64,000 nt of DNA, taken from the NCBI GenBank assembly GCA_003345545.1, contig PRDH01000035.1, forward strand, positions 1-64,000, written 5' to 3'. This document shows, piece by piece, positions 38,684 to 47,889 of the stretch. The DNA comes from Candidatus Thorarchaeota archaeon. Lineage in GTDB: Archaea > Asgardarchaeota > Thorarchaeia > Thorarchaeales > Thorarchaeaceae. Made by a program: the position numbers and the translations under genes. Positions within the stretch are counted from its first letter, which is position 1; each line of letters begins with the position of its first letter. Below the pieces are notes generated by a model, which was not told where the DNA came from, ran no database searches, and saw nothing but the letters and a program-made list of their open reading frames with translations.

Positions 38684-40180
38684 TCAGTTGTTCAGAACCT
38701 TAGCCATATGTTGAGAGGAGAGTTTCAGAAACTCGTCGACATGGTCTTTGTGAATGAATGCTCCTGCCGCCATCGGATGACCTCCCGCCTCTGCTACGAG
38801 GATTCCGTATTTCTTATTCATGTTCTCTGCGACTGACACGAAAGTTTCCTTGAGATTCAACCCTCGCTTGATCAGGCTCCTATGAGCACGTCCTGACAGC
38901 TTGACAAGAGGACTGTCATTTGACGAGTCTGAGCTGACGCCGATGACGGGTTTATCAATAGGGATTATTCGTGAGCTTTGCGCCATACCGATAACAACGC
39001 CAATGATAGTATCCGGAATCTCAGGATCATTCACCAGATAAAAGCCCGGCATGGTCACAAATCCTCCATCCTCCAGAAGCCTCAGAGACTGCGCCAGATT
39101 CTGTCTGTGCTGCTGCAGCAAGTATCTCCCGTTAGCGACTGCTTCAGAGTCCCCCAAACAAACTTTGACACCTACTTCCGGTTGCTTGTTCCGACCGCAG
39201 GCATTCAACAGCGTTGAGAATTCCTTTGCACTGCGCATCTCAGTTTTCTCAGGTCGTTGCGTAAGAATCACAACATCACCAACAAGTCCAGTAGCGACTA
39301 TGGGGTCATTGTAGGAATCGATAACCACTTGGATTAGTCTTTGGATGATTCGCTGCTTCTCATCAGATTCCAGATCAACCCATGTCCGCCATTCATCATT
39401 TCCATCTTTCAACGGAATTCCAAGTTCCTCAAAGAACATGAAGCATGCCGTTTCGTCACCGGTGATTCCTGGAAGATACGGGTCGGTTGCATATTGCAGG
39501 AGATAGGGCAAAGGGCGCGTATTGACTCCGAAGAAAGTTAGGTCTTTCGTGACTCTTAGGTACCCTGCATCTTCCCCCAATTCAAGTATTTTCTTATTGA
39601 TTCCCGAGAACCCTTTTCCATAATAATCCTGCAGGTCTCCTGTGGCTCCCACAATGGCCAGTTCAGCGAGGTCGACGTTCTCTGTTGATAAGGACAGAGC
39701 CAGAAGAAAGGCCACGCCTGCTCCAGATATATCGTAGCTGCCATTCATGCCATGATGAGATGGATTAATCTCTATCAGCCTATCACTTGTGAATGACTGT
39801 GTCTGCCGCGATTCCTCGTCTTGTGGCAGATGGTGATCGAGTACAATCGCGTGTTCAACGTAATCTAGGTCAGCAACTAGGTTTCTCACAAGCTCGATCT
39901 GCCCTGTTCCAAAATCACTGAATACGACTAAGTCAGGCTGGTAGTTCTCGACCTCATCACGAATTTCGACAATTGTTTCGGAGTTGATCTGATGGATATT
40001 CCTCCATTCTACTTGTAGCTTTTCACGGTTAAGGGCCATGACCACAATTGCTAGAGCTGATATGCCATCGGCATCGATGTGCGAGAAAGCCATTGTCTTC
40101 CGTGATTGCCTCACAGCCTGTACTGCCTTGTTGAGCATTTGAGTCATAGATTTCGGGATTGATTCAAGAAGTGTGTCCAT
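38684..40180 (-). CDS. RecJ/Cdc45-like DHH phosphoesterase
   Basis: SHIDADG, SDFG, LDHH, ISGAG, GATGDLQ, EFSTLLNACGR and GGHPMAAGA. Confidence 0.93.
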   Translation of the reverse strand: MDTLLESIPKSMTQMLNKAVQAVRQSRKTMAFSHIDADGISALAIVVMALNREKLQVEWRNIHQINSETIVEIRDEVENYQPDLVVFSDFGTGQIELVRNLVADLDYVEHAIVLDHHLPQDEESRQTQSFTSDRLIEINPSHHGMNGSYDISGAGVAFLLALSLSTENVDLAELAIVGATGDLQDYYGKGFSGINKKILELGEDAGYLRVTKDLTFFGVNTRPLPYLLQYATDPYLPGITGDETACFMFFEELGIPLKDGNDEWRTWVDLESDEKQRIIQRLIQVVIDSYNDPIVATGLVGDVVILTQRPEKTEMRSAKEFSTLLNACGRNKQPEVGVKVCLGDSEAVANGRYLLQQHRQNLAQSLRLLEDGGFVTMPGFYLVNDPEIPDTIIGVVIGMAQSSRIIPIDKPVIGVSSDSSNDSPLVKLSGRAHRSLIKRGLNLKETFVSVAENMNKKYGILVAEAGGHPMAAGAFIHKDHVDEFLKLSSQHMAKVLNN

Positions 40181-40254
40181 TTTCTTCGGGTGTTAGTGGT
40201 TTTTCCATGATATAAGTTGACTTCTCTGATGAGCCGAGAGTCTATGTTTGTCAG

Positions 40255-40593
40255 CTAGTCAGTCACACGGAACACCCTGGATATTGCCAAGAAAACGATG
40301 AGAAAGACACTTGCGACTGCAGCAAGTCCTTTTGCCACCTTCTGCCACGTCTTCAGAGGAACTTCGAGTTCTCTGAGTTCATTCTTGACTCGCTTCAAGA
40401 AGACTCGCCTCTCCGTAAACAAGGCGATCTGGTCGTCAAATCTGGACGAGAACTCAGCCCAACTTACATAGAGCGGGCTTTCAGGATTAGTATTCACCCA
40501 TTCGTCCCACATGTCCAGTACTTCACTTCGGTGTGGTTCAGGGAATTCCTCAATTTTCTTCTGTACGGATTCTATAATCTCGTCAACTGTCAT
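40255..40593 (-). CDS. Small tail-anchored membrane protein
   Basis: Helical N-terminal domain and a single C-terminal TM. Confidence 0.65.
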   Translation of the reverse strand: MTVDEIIESVQKKIEEFPEPHRSEVLDMWDEWVNTNPESPLYVSWAEFSSRFDDQIALFTERRVFLKRVKNELRELEVPLKTWQKVAKGLAAVASVFLIVFLAISRVFRVTD

Positions 40594-40782
40594 TGGTCCG
40601 TGCACCCCTTGTATCCCGGCAGAGGTTAGACGTGCGTCGCATTGCATTCTAATAAATGTTGACTGAATTGATTCGAACGATTACTATATCGCGCGGAATC
40701 CAAGCTACCAATACATCTTGTGCTAATTGGCTATAAGCGGAGCGAATAGGGCAAGCGTTGTGCCATGCTCGATACAAAAGAG

Positions 40783-41307
40783 CTATCTCATTTTCGAGAG
40801 TTCGCGACCCCATTCCTTGATATCAACACGGAGTTTCTGGAGGTCCGCTGGACTAATGGTGTCGACTCTGCCATAGGTCCTCAGGATTCGTGTCCATCTC
40901 TGCATCTTTACGATGAGCGCCTCTGCTACTCCTTTGCTCTCCAGCATACCTGCAGCCTCGCTAATCTTCTGCGAGAGGTCGCTAGCAATAGCTCCTTCTC
41001 GAACTTGTGTTTCAAGGGTATCTAGGACTGCTTGATTGGTTGAAACTGCGCCTTTCTGAGCTACGCCTGCACTGCTTGCAGCCTGCGTTGCTGGTCCTCC
41101 ACGCTTGATGCTTTTCACAGTTTCAAGGATCTCGTCAAGTTTCTCTGAGTTTGCAGTCACTGCAAGAGCGATTTCTGACTGAGTCTCCTGAATCTCAGTG
41201 ACCTTCGAGATGACATCGATCATCCTATTCAACATCTGAGTGAGTCTCTCAATAGCTCCATTTATCTCAGTCAACTTTGCTCTCAGATATGTGTCTTCTT
41301 CACTCAT
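40783..41307 (-). CDS. Hypothetical coiled-coil protein
   Basis: Heptad-like N-terminal 65 aa, a Gly/Ala/Ser linker and a helical C-terminal domain. Confidence 0.72.
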   Translation of the reverse strand: MSEEDTYLRAKLTEINGAIERLTQMLNRMIDVISKVTEIQETQSEIALAVTANSEKLDEILETVKSIKRGGPATQAASSAGVAQKGAVSTNQAVLDTLETQVREGAIASDLSQKISEAAGMLESKGVAEALIVKMQRWTRILRTYGRVDTISPADLQKLRVDIKEWGRELSKMR

Positions 41308-41509
41308 GCTTATCCCACTCTTGAGGACCGTATCTGATATCCACAATCTCTCGGACGCAGTTAGTTCTCACGAAGATTAAGCTTTCTGTGGCATTCTCCT
41401 TAGTAGCGCAAGAATGACGTCCATAACCGAATATCTATATTACGCAACAGGAGTTTCCTCGAGCAGCATGTTGACGCAACTATAGATATCTGTGAGGAGA
41501 AGTCTACTC

Positions 41510-41857
41510 ATGTACGTCGTAAACTATCATGAACGAGATGCTATCGAAGTTGATATGGCCGGGGCCAAGGGCGCAACCGTGCGCTGGCTTGTGGCCAAGC
41601 GAACAGGAGCTCTGAACTTTGCGATGCGTCTGTTCGAGATTGCACCTGGTGGCATCATTCCGTTGCATGCACATGAAGAGGAACACGAGATCTTCGTGCT
41701 CAATGGTAAAGTCAAATTGATTGGCGATGTTGAAGGCTATGCGAAGAAGGACGATATCGTGTTCGTCCCGCCGAACGTGCAGCATGGCTACGACAACACT
41801 GAAGGCAGCGAGATCTTCCGCTTCATCTGTGTAATTCCTCTTTTGGACAAAGAGTAG
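41510..41857 (+). CDS. Cupin domain protein
   Basis: FAMRLFEIAPGG..PLHAHEEEHEIFVL and VPPNVQHGY. Confidence 0.92.
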   Translation: MYVVNYHERDAIEVDMAGAKGATVRWLVAKRTGALNFAMRLFEIAPGGIIPLHAHEEEHEIFVLNGKVKLIGDVEGYAKKDDIVFVPPNVQHGYDNTEGSEIFRFICVIPLLDKE

Positions 41858-41904
41858 GTATATTTTTCTCTTCGAACTGAATGCTAATTGGGGGAGCTGG
41901 TCAT

Positions 41905-42711
41905 ATGGACCTTAGCAGAAAGAAACTCTGGGTCTTTGATGTCGATAACACACTAATTCTCGATGTGGAACATCCTACTCCCTTTAAAGATGCCCTGACG
42001 CTATGGAGTTCACTTGAAGAGAAAGGTTGCACACTTGCTATTCTAACGAATGTGGGACGGCTCTCAAGCAGACAAGTACATCAAGCGGTTGAGAGAGCCG
42101 GATTTCATCTTCCCGTCGAGAGAGTCTACACTGCTGGTGCAGCAGCGGCAGCCTATATTCACAATAGGTCTCCCGGGGCACGCTGTTTCGTAATCGGCGA
42201 AGGCGGAGCCCAGGAAGACTTCATTGCACGGGGGCTTGATGTGGCGAACAATCCGCCAATCGATTTTGTTGCAGTGGCTGCCGATAGGGGAATGACATTT
42301 GATGAACTCAATTTTGCCACCAAGATGGTCAAGCAGGGTGCGGGCCTGGTATGTGTCAGTGGCAGCCGTGACTACTCTGGGAAATATCTTGGACAGGATG
42401 ATGTCTACATTGGTGAACGTTCAATAGTGGCGGCAATAGAGCATGCCACTGGCGTTGTCGCAGTCACAGTCGGCAAACCACTCCCTGAAATTGTCACGGA
42501 AACTGTGAAGACCATTGGATTCAAGTTGACTAATGCAGTCATTATTGGTGACAATCCCAATTCAGATATCGCCGGCGGCAATGCCGCTGGAGTCACAACA
42601 ATCCTAGTGAAACGAGATCCCCACAATATAGTCGCCTTTGAATCAGGTGGCCTGGATACGAAACCGACACTCACTGTGAAATCGCTGGAAGATGTGATTG
42701 ATCTTCTCTAG
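41905..42711 (+). CDS. HAD-IIA (NagD-like) hydrolase
   Basis: FDVDNTL, LTN, VGKP and IGDNPNSDIAGG. Confidence 0.92.
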   Translation: MDLSRKKLWVFDVDNTLILDVEHPTPFKDALTLWSSLEEKGCTLAILTNVGRLSSRQVHQAVERAGFHLPVERVYTAGAAAAAYIHNRSPGARCFVIGEGGAQEDFIARGLDVANNPPIDFVAVAADRGMTFDELNFATKMVKQGAGLVCVSGSRDYSGKYLGQDDVYIGERSIVAAIEHATGVVAVTVGKPLPEIVTETVKTIGFKLTNAVIIGDNPNSDIAGGNAAGVTTILVKRDPHNIVAFESGGLDTKPTLTVKSLEDVIDLL

Positions 42712-43445
42712 TGACATCTCTCAAAACCCTCAAAGCCCCCGATTGTATCATTTCAACTGTGTTGTCCTCGAAGTCTGTCGTGTTTGAAACTGGGCCTCCG
42801 GGTACCAGCGTGACCGTTGCAGTGCTAGATGATCTGAAATTGGGCAAGTCCAGCTCCGAATTCGAGGAATATGAATCTTCACTCTTCGAAACAATCAGGT
42901 CCAACAACGATCTTGAAAGTCTACGGCATGACCCGCTGATCCGGTCGTATCGCGCACTTCACTGGTCCTACTCAATGGATCCAACCAAGACTCGAGTTTC
43001 AAGCGAGGCTGTTCTGCGCCGGGTATTGCAGGGCGAGAATCTGTGGCGCATCTCTAATCTCGTTGATGTTGTGAATCTTGCCTCTGCATATCACAAGATA
43101 CCAATAGGGCTAGTTGATGTCTCCAAGATTCAAGGTCAGTTGACGGTTCGAAAGGCTAGAAAGGGCGAGGTCTTCAGGAGAATAGGAGGCGAGGGAGTCG
43201 AGTGCAGGGGCAGAGAGCTTGTTCTCAGCGATGACAGTGGAATTGTCTGCTATGGTTTTGCGGTTCATGACTCTGAACGGACAAAAATCACGCGTAGCAC
43301 CAGATGTGCTCTTCTATTACTCTATGGTGCCCCTTATGCGACAGAGGATATAATGAATGACGCCACTTTCTTCACTCTAGGTGCTATCAAACGGTGGGTT
43401 GACTGCATGATCTCGAAACCTGTCCGGTATGCGGCTCCGGCCTAG
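42711..43445 (+). CDS. B3/B4 (PheRS-beta editing-like) domain protein
   Basis: DPTKTRVSSEAVLRR and ISNLVDVVNLAS...PIGLVD. Confidence 0.88.
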   Translation: MTSLKTLKAPDCIISTVLSSKSVVFETGPPGTSVTVAVLDDLKLGKSSSEFEEYESSLFETIRSNNDLESLRHDPLIRSYRALHWSYSMDPTKTRVSSEAVLRRVLQGENLWRISNLVDVVNLASAYHKIPIGLVDVSKIQGQLTVRKARKGEVFRRIGGEGVECRGRELVLSDDSGIVCYGFAVHDSERTKITRSTRCALLLLYGAPYATEDIMNDATFFTLGAIKRWVDCMISKPVRYAAPA

Positions 43446-45367
43446 AATTCCAGAAAGGGCTCACCCAAGACAATGCGCTCAAGGAAGTTGTTTCTATTAG
43501 CTTTCATGACCAGCTGTTCGAATCTCTTTTTCAGTCGTTCCTCATCAACATATTCCGGTTCCTTCACGCCCATGCTTTCAATTACCTTCAGTAGCATGAA
43601 GTTGAAGTCGTAAGCCAGGAACTCCTCCTTCGCTGTTTTGCCCTTCTTTTGTATCTCCTTAATGATCCTCTTGGCAAGACCCTGTTTCTGCGCTTCGCGA
43701 GTTTCTGTCAAGTAATAGGACATGGACTTCTCATAATGGAGTTCTCCTCGTTGGACAAGTTCCCTCAGAAACTCAAGGCCGAAAGTTGTTCTTGCGATGG
43801 CCTCGATTCTCGCAATGAAGGCATTGATGAGGTCATCATAGGAGACCATGCCTGCCTGCCCATGAGTATCAAAGACCTTGGCTGTATCCGGAGCTGATTC
43901 GAACTTCTGTTTCTTATCCAGTAGCAATCGTTCCTGTTCCAGTCGAGCGGCCTCCTCTGCTTTCAGGCGTTCCTCTTCAAGTCTGAGTTTCTCTGTGGCC
44001 GCCATCTCGTCCGACTTTCGTTTCTCAAGAGCCAATCTCTCTTCTTCAAGCTTCTTGAGAACCTTGTCCTGCTCCGCAACAAGCTTCTGCATGTGCATCT
44101 GAACGTCTTTTTCAGTGAGTGTCACGTGGTTGGTGAGCAGCCAACGGACGCTGATATGATTGACCTTTGGTTTGAGGTCTACAGATGAGAAAATGAAGCT
44201 TGCAGGTTCCTGCCCTGGCAATTGGGTTATGATATCTTCAGACTCCTTCTCTCCAGCAATGGGTTCGAGAATCCTCTCAAGGACCTTCAGAGATTGTTCA
44301 CTACTGATACGTCCAGTGGAGATGGTATTGAATTGCTCGAAAGCCTTGTAGTCTACATCCTTCGGGCTCTGAGTTGCTATAAGACACTCAACGCCATACT
44401 TCCTTGCTTGTCTGAACAGAAGCAAGTATGTTTCCTTTGGACCAGGTGAGAGCATTCCTGCAGGAATGAAGGGCGCAGCCTCGTCCTGGAATACCATCAT
44501 TCGCGGCTTCTCCGTGAAGCCCTGTCTTAACATCCACGAATACAACTGGTTCAAGACGATAGCGATGAAGAAATGCTTCTCTTCCTCGCTTCTAAGCGTT
44601 TTGAGGAATATAACATTGATCGGAGTTTTTCCCTTGACTGGTCTTGTTAGCTCATCGAAGTCGATCTCGCCCTCTTCCTTGAACAGGAGCTGTGAGGAAC
44701 CCACGGTCAGACTACGTATACGAGTCGCAAGGGTCAGTCGCTCTGAAAGCTTCATGAATGGTTCGAGGTCCACACCAACCGTCTTTGCATCTCCAGTGAG
44801 CATATCAGCCAGTTCTTTGAGCCCCTTAATCTCCGTTTTCTCGTTTTCCCAAATCGTTCTCAATAGCTCATAGATGGCAGCGAAGGCTTTGCCTTCCCAC
44901 GACCTCGTCAATCCGGCAACTTTCACAAGGACTTTCACGAGAGTCCGCGCACAGTTGTCAAGGAGCCGGATGATATCATCTTGGTCTGCCATTCTATCTG
45001 GTAGTTTCAGCGGATTGATTGATATTGCGAGACCCTTGCTGCTGGCAGGCGTATACACGCGTACAATGACCCTATCCATGTACTCCTTCAATCTCTCTGG
45101 AGGAACACCCTTTTCGGCAAGTTGCTTTGGATCTCCTGGCAACATCAAGGATGCAATATCACCCTGAGGGTCGAGGGCGAGAATCGGAATTCCCTGCATT
45201 GCAGCCTCCTCTAGGATACATTTTGATAGAACAGTCTTTCCGGAACCTGTAGATCCGAAGACTCCTCCATGCTTTCGAAGAAGGTCCACACTTATCTCGA
45301 AATTCTCCCCAGTTCGATTTCCTTCTTTGTCGAGCTTGTATCCAATCCAGAGTTTTCCGTCTCCCAT
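43442..45367 (-). CDS. HerA/FtsK-superfamily (DUF87/DUF853-like) ATPase with a charged coiled-coil region
   Basis: HGGVFGSTGSGKT, LDPQGD, VFQDEA and QARKYGV..ATQSP; E/K/R-rich helix. Confidence 0.88.
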   Translation of the reverse strand: MGDGKLWIGYKLDKEGNRTGENFEISVDLLRKHGGVFGSTGSGKTVLSKCILEEAAMQGIPILALDPQGDIASLMLPGDPKQLAEKGVPPERLKEYMDRVIVRVYTPASSKGLAISINPLKLPDRMADQDDIIRLLDNCARTLVKVLVKVAGLTRSWEGKAFAAIYELLRTIWENEKTEIKGLKELADMLTGDAKTVGVDLEPFMKLSERLTLATRIRSLTVGSSQLLFKEEGEIDFDELTRPVKGKTPINVIFLKTLRSEEEKHFFIAIVLNQLYSWMLRQGFTEKPRMMVFQDEAAPFIPAGMLSPGPKETYLLLFRQARKYGVECLIATQSPKDVDYKAFEQFNTISTGRISSEQSLKVLERILEPIAGEKESEDIITQLPGQEPASFIFSSVDLKPKVNHISVRWLLTNHVTLTEKDVQMHMQKLVAEQDKVLKKLEEERLALEKRKSDEMAATEKLRLEEERLKAEEAARLEQERLLLDKKQKFESAPDTAKVFDTHGQAGMVSYDDLINAFIARIEAIARTTFGLEFLRELVQRGELHYEKSMSYYLTETREAQKQGLAKRIIKEIQKKGKTAKEEFLAYDFNFMLLKVIESMGVKEPEYVDEERLKKRFEQLVMKANRNNFLERIVLGEPFLEF

Positions 45368-45462
45368 GTCTAACACCAGACAGCTGTCAGATTAACTATG
45401 AGTGTTAAGAGCCTTTCCACCATAAGTCATTCTACTATACCGATTTCTTGGATGGAAAATGA

Positions 45463-45484
45463 TGGATGGAGATGACTCCATCCA
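45463..45484. terminator. Hairpin downstream of the membrane protein gene
   Basis: tggatggag-atga-ctccatcca. Confidence 0.5.
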
Positions 45485-45496
45485 AATCATCCTAGA

Positions 45497-46120
45497 TTAC
45501 TTGCCTACTGGTTCGTATTTTCTTCCCATATAGAGCACCATTAGTAGGACCAGCGCGACTGCGAAAACCATGAGCACCGCCGCTGCCCATCCGTACGAAA
45601 ATGTGCCGTATATGATGTTGAGAAACAGGTGTGCACCTGCCATGGCCACACCTAGAATGAGCGAAACAAGCATGAACCTTGATGTCATTTCCTTTACTTG
45701 TCCCTCTTCTGCACCCTTTGCGATTTTTCCACCAAAGAATACAAAGACGAACAGGAAGATGTACGCGATCACAATCATTGTTCCCATATTGAAGAGGTAC
45801 CCCTGAATGGTTATGTCCACTCCTTGCAGCAATCCACAGACAAGAAGAGTTCCCAATGCCATTACGTAAACCAACATGTTGGAATACATCTTATCATCAG
45901 GATGGACAAAGCCAGTCATCTCAGTGAAGGTGTTTATCACACCTATGACCACCACAATTGCGAGTATCCCCAACGCGATGAGCCAGACGTAAAATGGATA
46001 CAGAAGCTGATCTGGCGTGGCAGAAAGTGAGTCAAGAATGAACTTAAGGAAGATAGTAACTGCGAGCAGAGTCAAACCAATGCCCGAAAAGACATTACCA
46101 GTTGTTGTAAGCCTGACCAT
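45497..46120 (-). CDS. Hypothetical 6-TM membrane protein
   Basis: Six hydrophobic segments; SD ggagag upstream. Confidence 0.8.
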   Translation of the reverse strand: MVRLTTTGNVFSGIGLTLLAVTIFLKFILDSLSATPDQLLYPFYVWLIALGILAIVVVIGVINTFTEMTGFVHPDDKMYSNMLVYVMALGTLLVCGLLQGVDITIQGYLFNMGTMIVIAYIFLFVFVFFGGKIAKGAEEGQVKEMTSRFMLVSLILGVAMAGAHLFLNIIYGTFSYGWAAAVLMVFAVALVLLMVLYMGRKYEPVGK

Positions 46121-46299
46121 AATTCTCTCTCCTTTGAGGTAGAGTAACTGAAAGGTTTCAAGCCGAGGTTTCTATTAACTCTTGCCATGATTCTCATATT
46201 AGTGCCCGTTTCAGCTGCGATGCGCTGTATTCCCAAGCTCATTTCTTCAGCTTCATCCCTCAAAGAAGGAGCTTTATATCTCTTCGAGCAGAACTTACT

Positions 46300-46992
46300 G
46301 TGAGGGTCGCTTCTACGTCTGAGCCAAGCTCTGATAGAATCCTCGTGAAGAAGGATAATCTTGCCAGATGCGCCTGGTGTGGTACTCCGGAGAGTGATGA
46401 GTGGATCACCAGAGGCCGGAATGAGATATTTTGTTCATCTGAATGCCAAGCCGCAAAGTATTCAACAGGAGCTGATCTCGCTGGATATATATTCACGTGC
46501 CTTGGCGGGGGAATACTGGTTCTGTTCTTCTTTGCTTCTCTCGCTCCTAACATCCTCGGTGATCCTAGGGCTGTTGCAGAGGTTGTAGTATATGGACTCT
46601 TCTTCCTCATCGTCGGCGTCGGAACAGTGATTGGTGCTAACAGGGGAAAAAAGTACCAGGATAGGAAAGACAAGTACCGGGATGTCACCCTCCTTGTGTG
46701 CGAGTATTGTACGCAGGCAAATCCTCCAAGCATCACACGATGCAGGCATTGTGGCGCATCCCTGACTAAAGCCGTGTTCTCATACGAAACGACTCCTCCT
46801 TGGATTCAAAAAAGGCGGCTCAATCGATTCAGATGCCCCCGCTGTAATGCTGTCTACTCCTATAATCTGCTAAATCTTCAAAGTGGCGGGACAGTCAAAT
46901 GCCAGAACTGCGACAGGCCGTTTGTCCTCTCCCGTCCGCTCGTCCTTGTAGATGACTCGATTGCCGCACGTTCCCTGTATCCGGATGTTTGA
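46300..46992 (+). CDS. Membrane protein with a TRASH/FCS-like Zn finger, 2 TM and two Zn ribbons (paralog A; start GTG 46300 or ACG 46315)
   Basis: CAWC...FCSSEC; CEYC..CRHC; CPRC...VKCQNC. Confidence 0.8.
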   Translation: MRVASTSEPSSDRILVKKDNLARCAWCGTPESDEWITRGRNEIFCSSECQAAKYSTGADLAGYIFTCLGGGILVLFFFASLAPNILGDPRAVAEVVVYGLFFLIVGVGTVIGANRGKKYQDRKDKYRDVTLLVCEYCTQANPPSITRCRHCGASLTKAVFSYETTPPWIQKRRLNRFRCPRCNAVYSYNLLNLQSGGTVKCQNCDRPFVLSRPLVLVDDSIAARSLYPDV

Positions 46993-47104
46993 TTCCGCGT
47001 GCGACCCGATTGCACTCTATTCCCTAGCTCATTTCATTATTATCATTATTCAAAAAAGGAGCTTTATATCTCTTCGAGAAGAAGTCACTCGGACGGTCAA
47101 GTCT

Positions 47105-47794
47105 ATGTCTGAGCCAGACTATGATAGAATTCTCGTGAAGAAGGACAATCTTGCCAGATGCGCTTGGTGTGGGACGCCAGAGAGTGACGAATGGATAACC
47201 ACTGAGAGGAATGAAATCTTTTGCTCATCTGAATGTCAAGCCGCGATGTACTCTGTTGGAGCTGTGGGATCTACTGGGGCTGGATTTGCATGCTCCTGCC
47301 TTGGTGGCATAATGCTATTGGCTCTGGTTTTCTCTGCTTCTCTCAATCCTGGCATGTCCAGTATGCGTAATGTCGCCGCAGATCTTCTTGTAATTGGAAT
47401 CCTGTTCCTGCTTACTGGTGGTCTGATAATGTTCGGAGGCAACGAGGGAAAGAACTATCAGGATAGGAAGGACAAGTACAGGAATGTCAGCCTCCTCGTG
47501 TGCGAGTACTGTACACAGACAAACCCTCCGAGTGTCACACGATGCACATATTGTGGTGCATCCCTGACAAGAGCCATGTTCTCATATGAGACAACTCCTC
47601 CTTGGATTCAGAAAAGGCGGGTCAATAGATTCAGATGTCCTCGCTGTAAAGCTGTCTATTCTTATGATCCGTCAAGCCTACAAAGGGACGGAACAGTCAA
47701 GTGCCAGAACTGTGATATGCCGTTTGTACCCTCTCGTCCACTTACCCCGACAGATGAATCCAATACCGCATATTCTCCATGTTCGGGTGTCTGA
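47105..47794 (+). CDS. Membrane protein with a TRASH/FCS-like Zn finger, 2 TM and two Zn ribbons (paralog B)
   Basis: ATG 47105 (MSEPDYDRILVKKDNLARCAWC); same Cys pattern as paralog A. Confidence 0.85.
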   Translation: MSEPDYDRILVKKDNLARCAWCGTPESDEWITTERNEIFCSSECQAAMYSVGAVGSTGAGFACSCLGGIMLLALVFSASLNPGMSSMRNVAADLLVIGILFLLTGGLIMFGGNEGKNYQDRKDKYRNVSLLVCEYCTQTNPPSVTRCTYCGASLTRAMFSYETTPPWIQKRRVNRFRCPRCKAVYSYDPSSLQRDGTVKCQNCDMPFVPSRPLTPTDESNTAYSPCSGV

Positions 47795-47889
47795 CATATC
47801 ATCCGCTTCAACATCTTTTCGATTCTCAATGCAGTCCTGAAAGCATGTTACTGGGTCAATGTGAATTCCTTCAGCAATCAGTCGAAGTT

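Larger units (their letters stand above)
46261..47794 (+). repeat. Tandem gene duplication including the promoter (unit about 790 bp)
   Basis: aaggagctttatatctcttcgag at ~46266 and ~47056, followed by paralogous ORFs. Confidence 0.9.
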
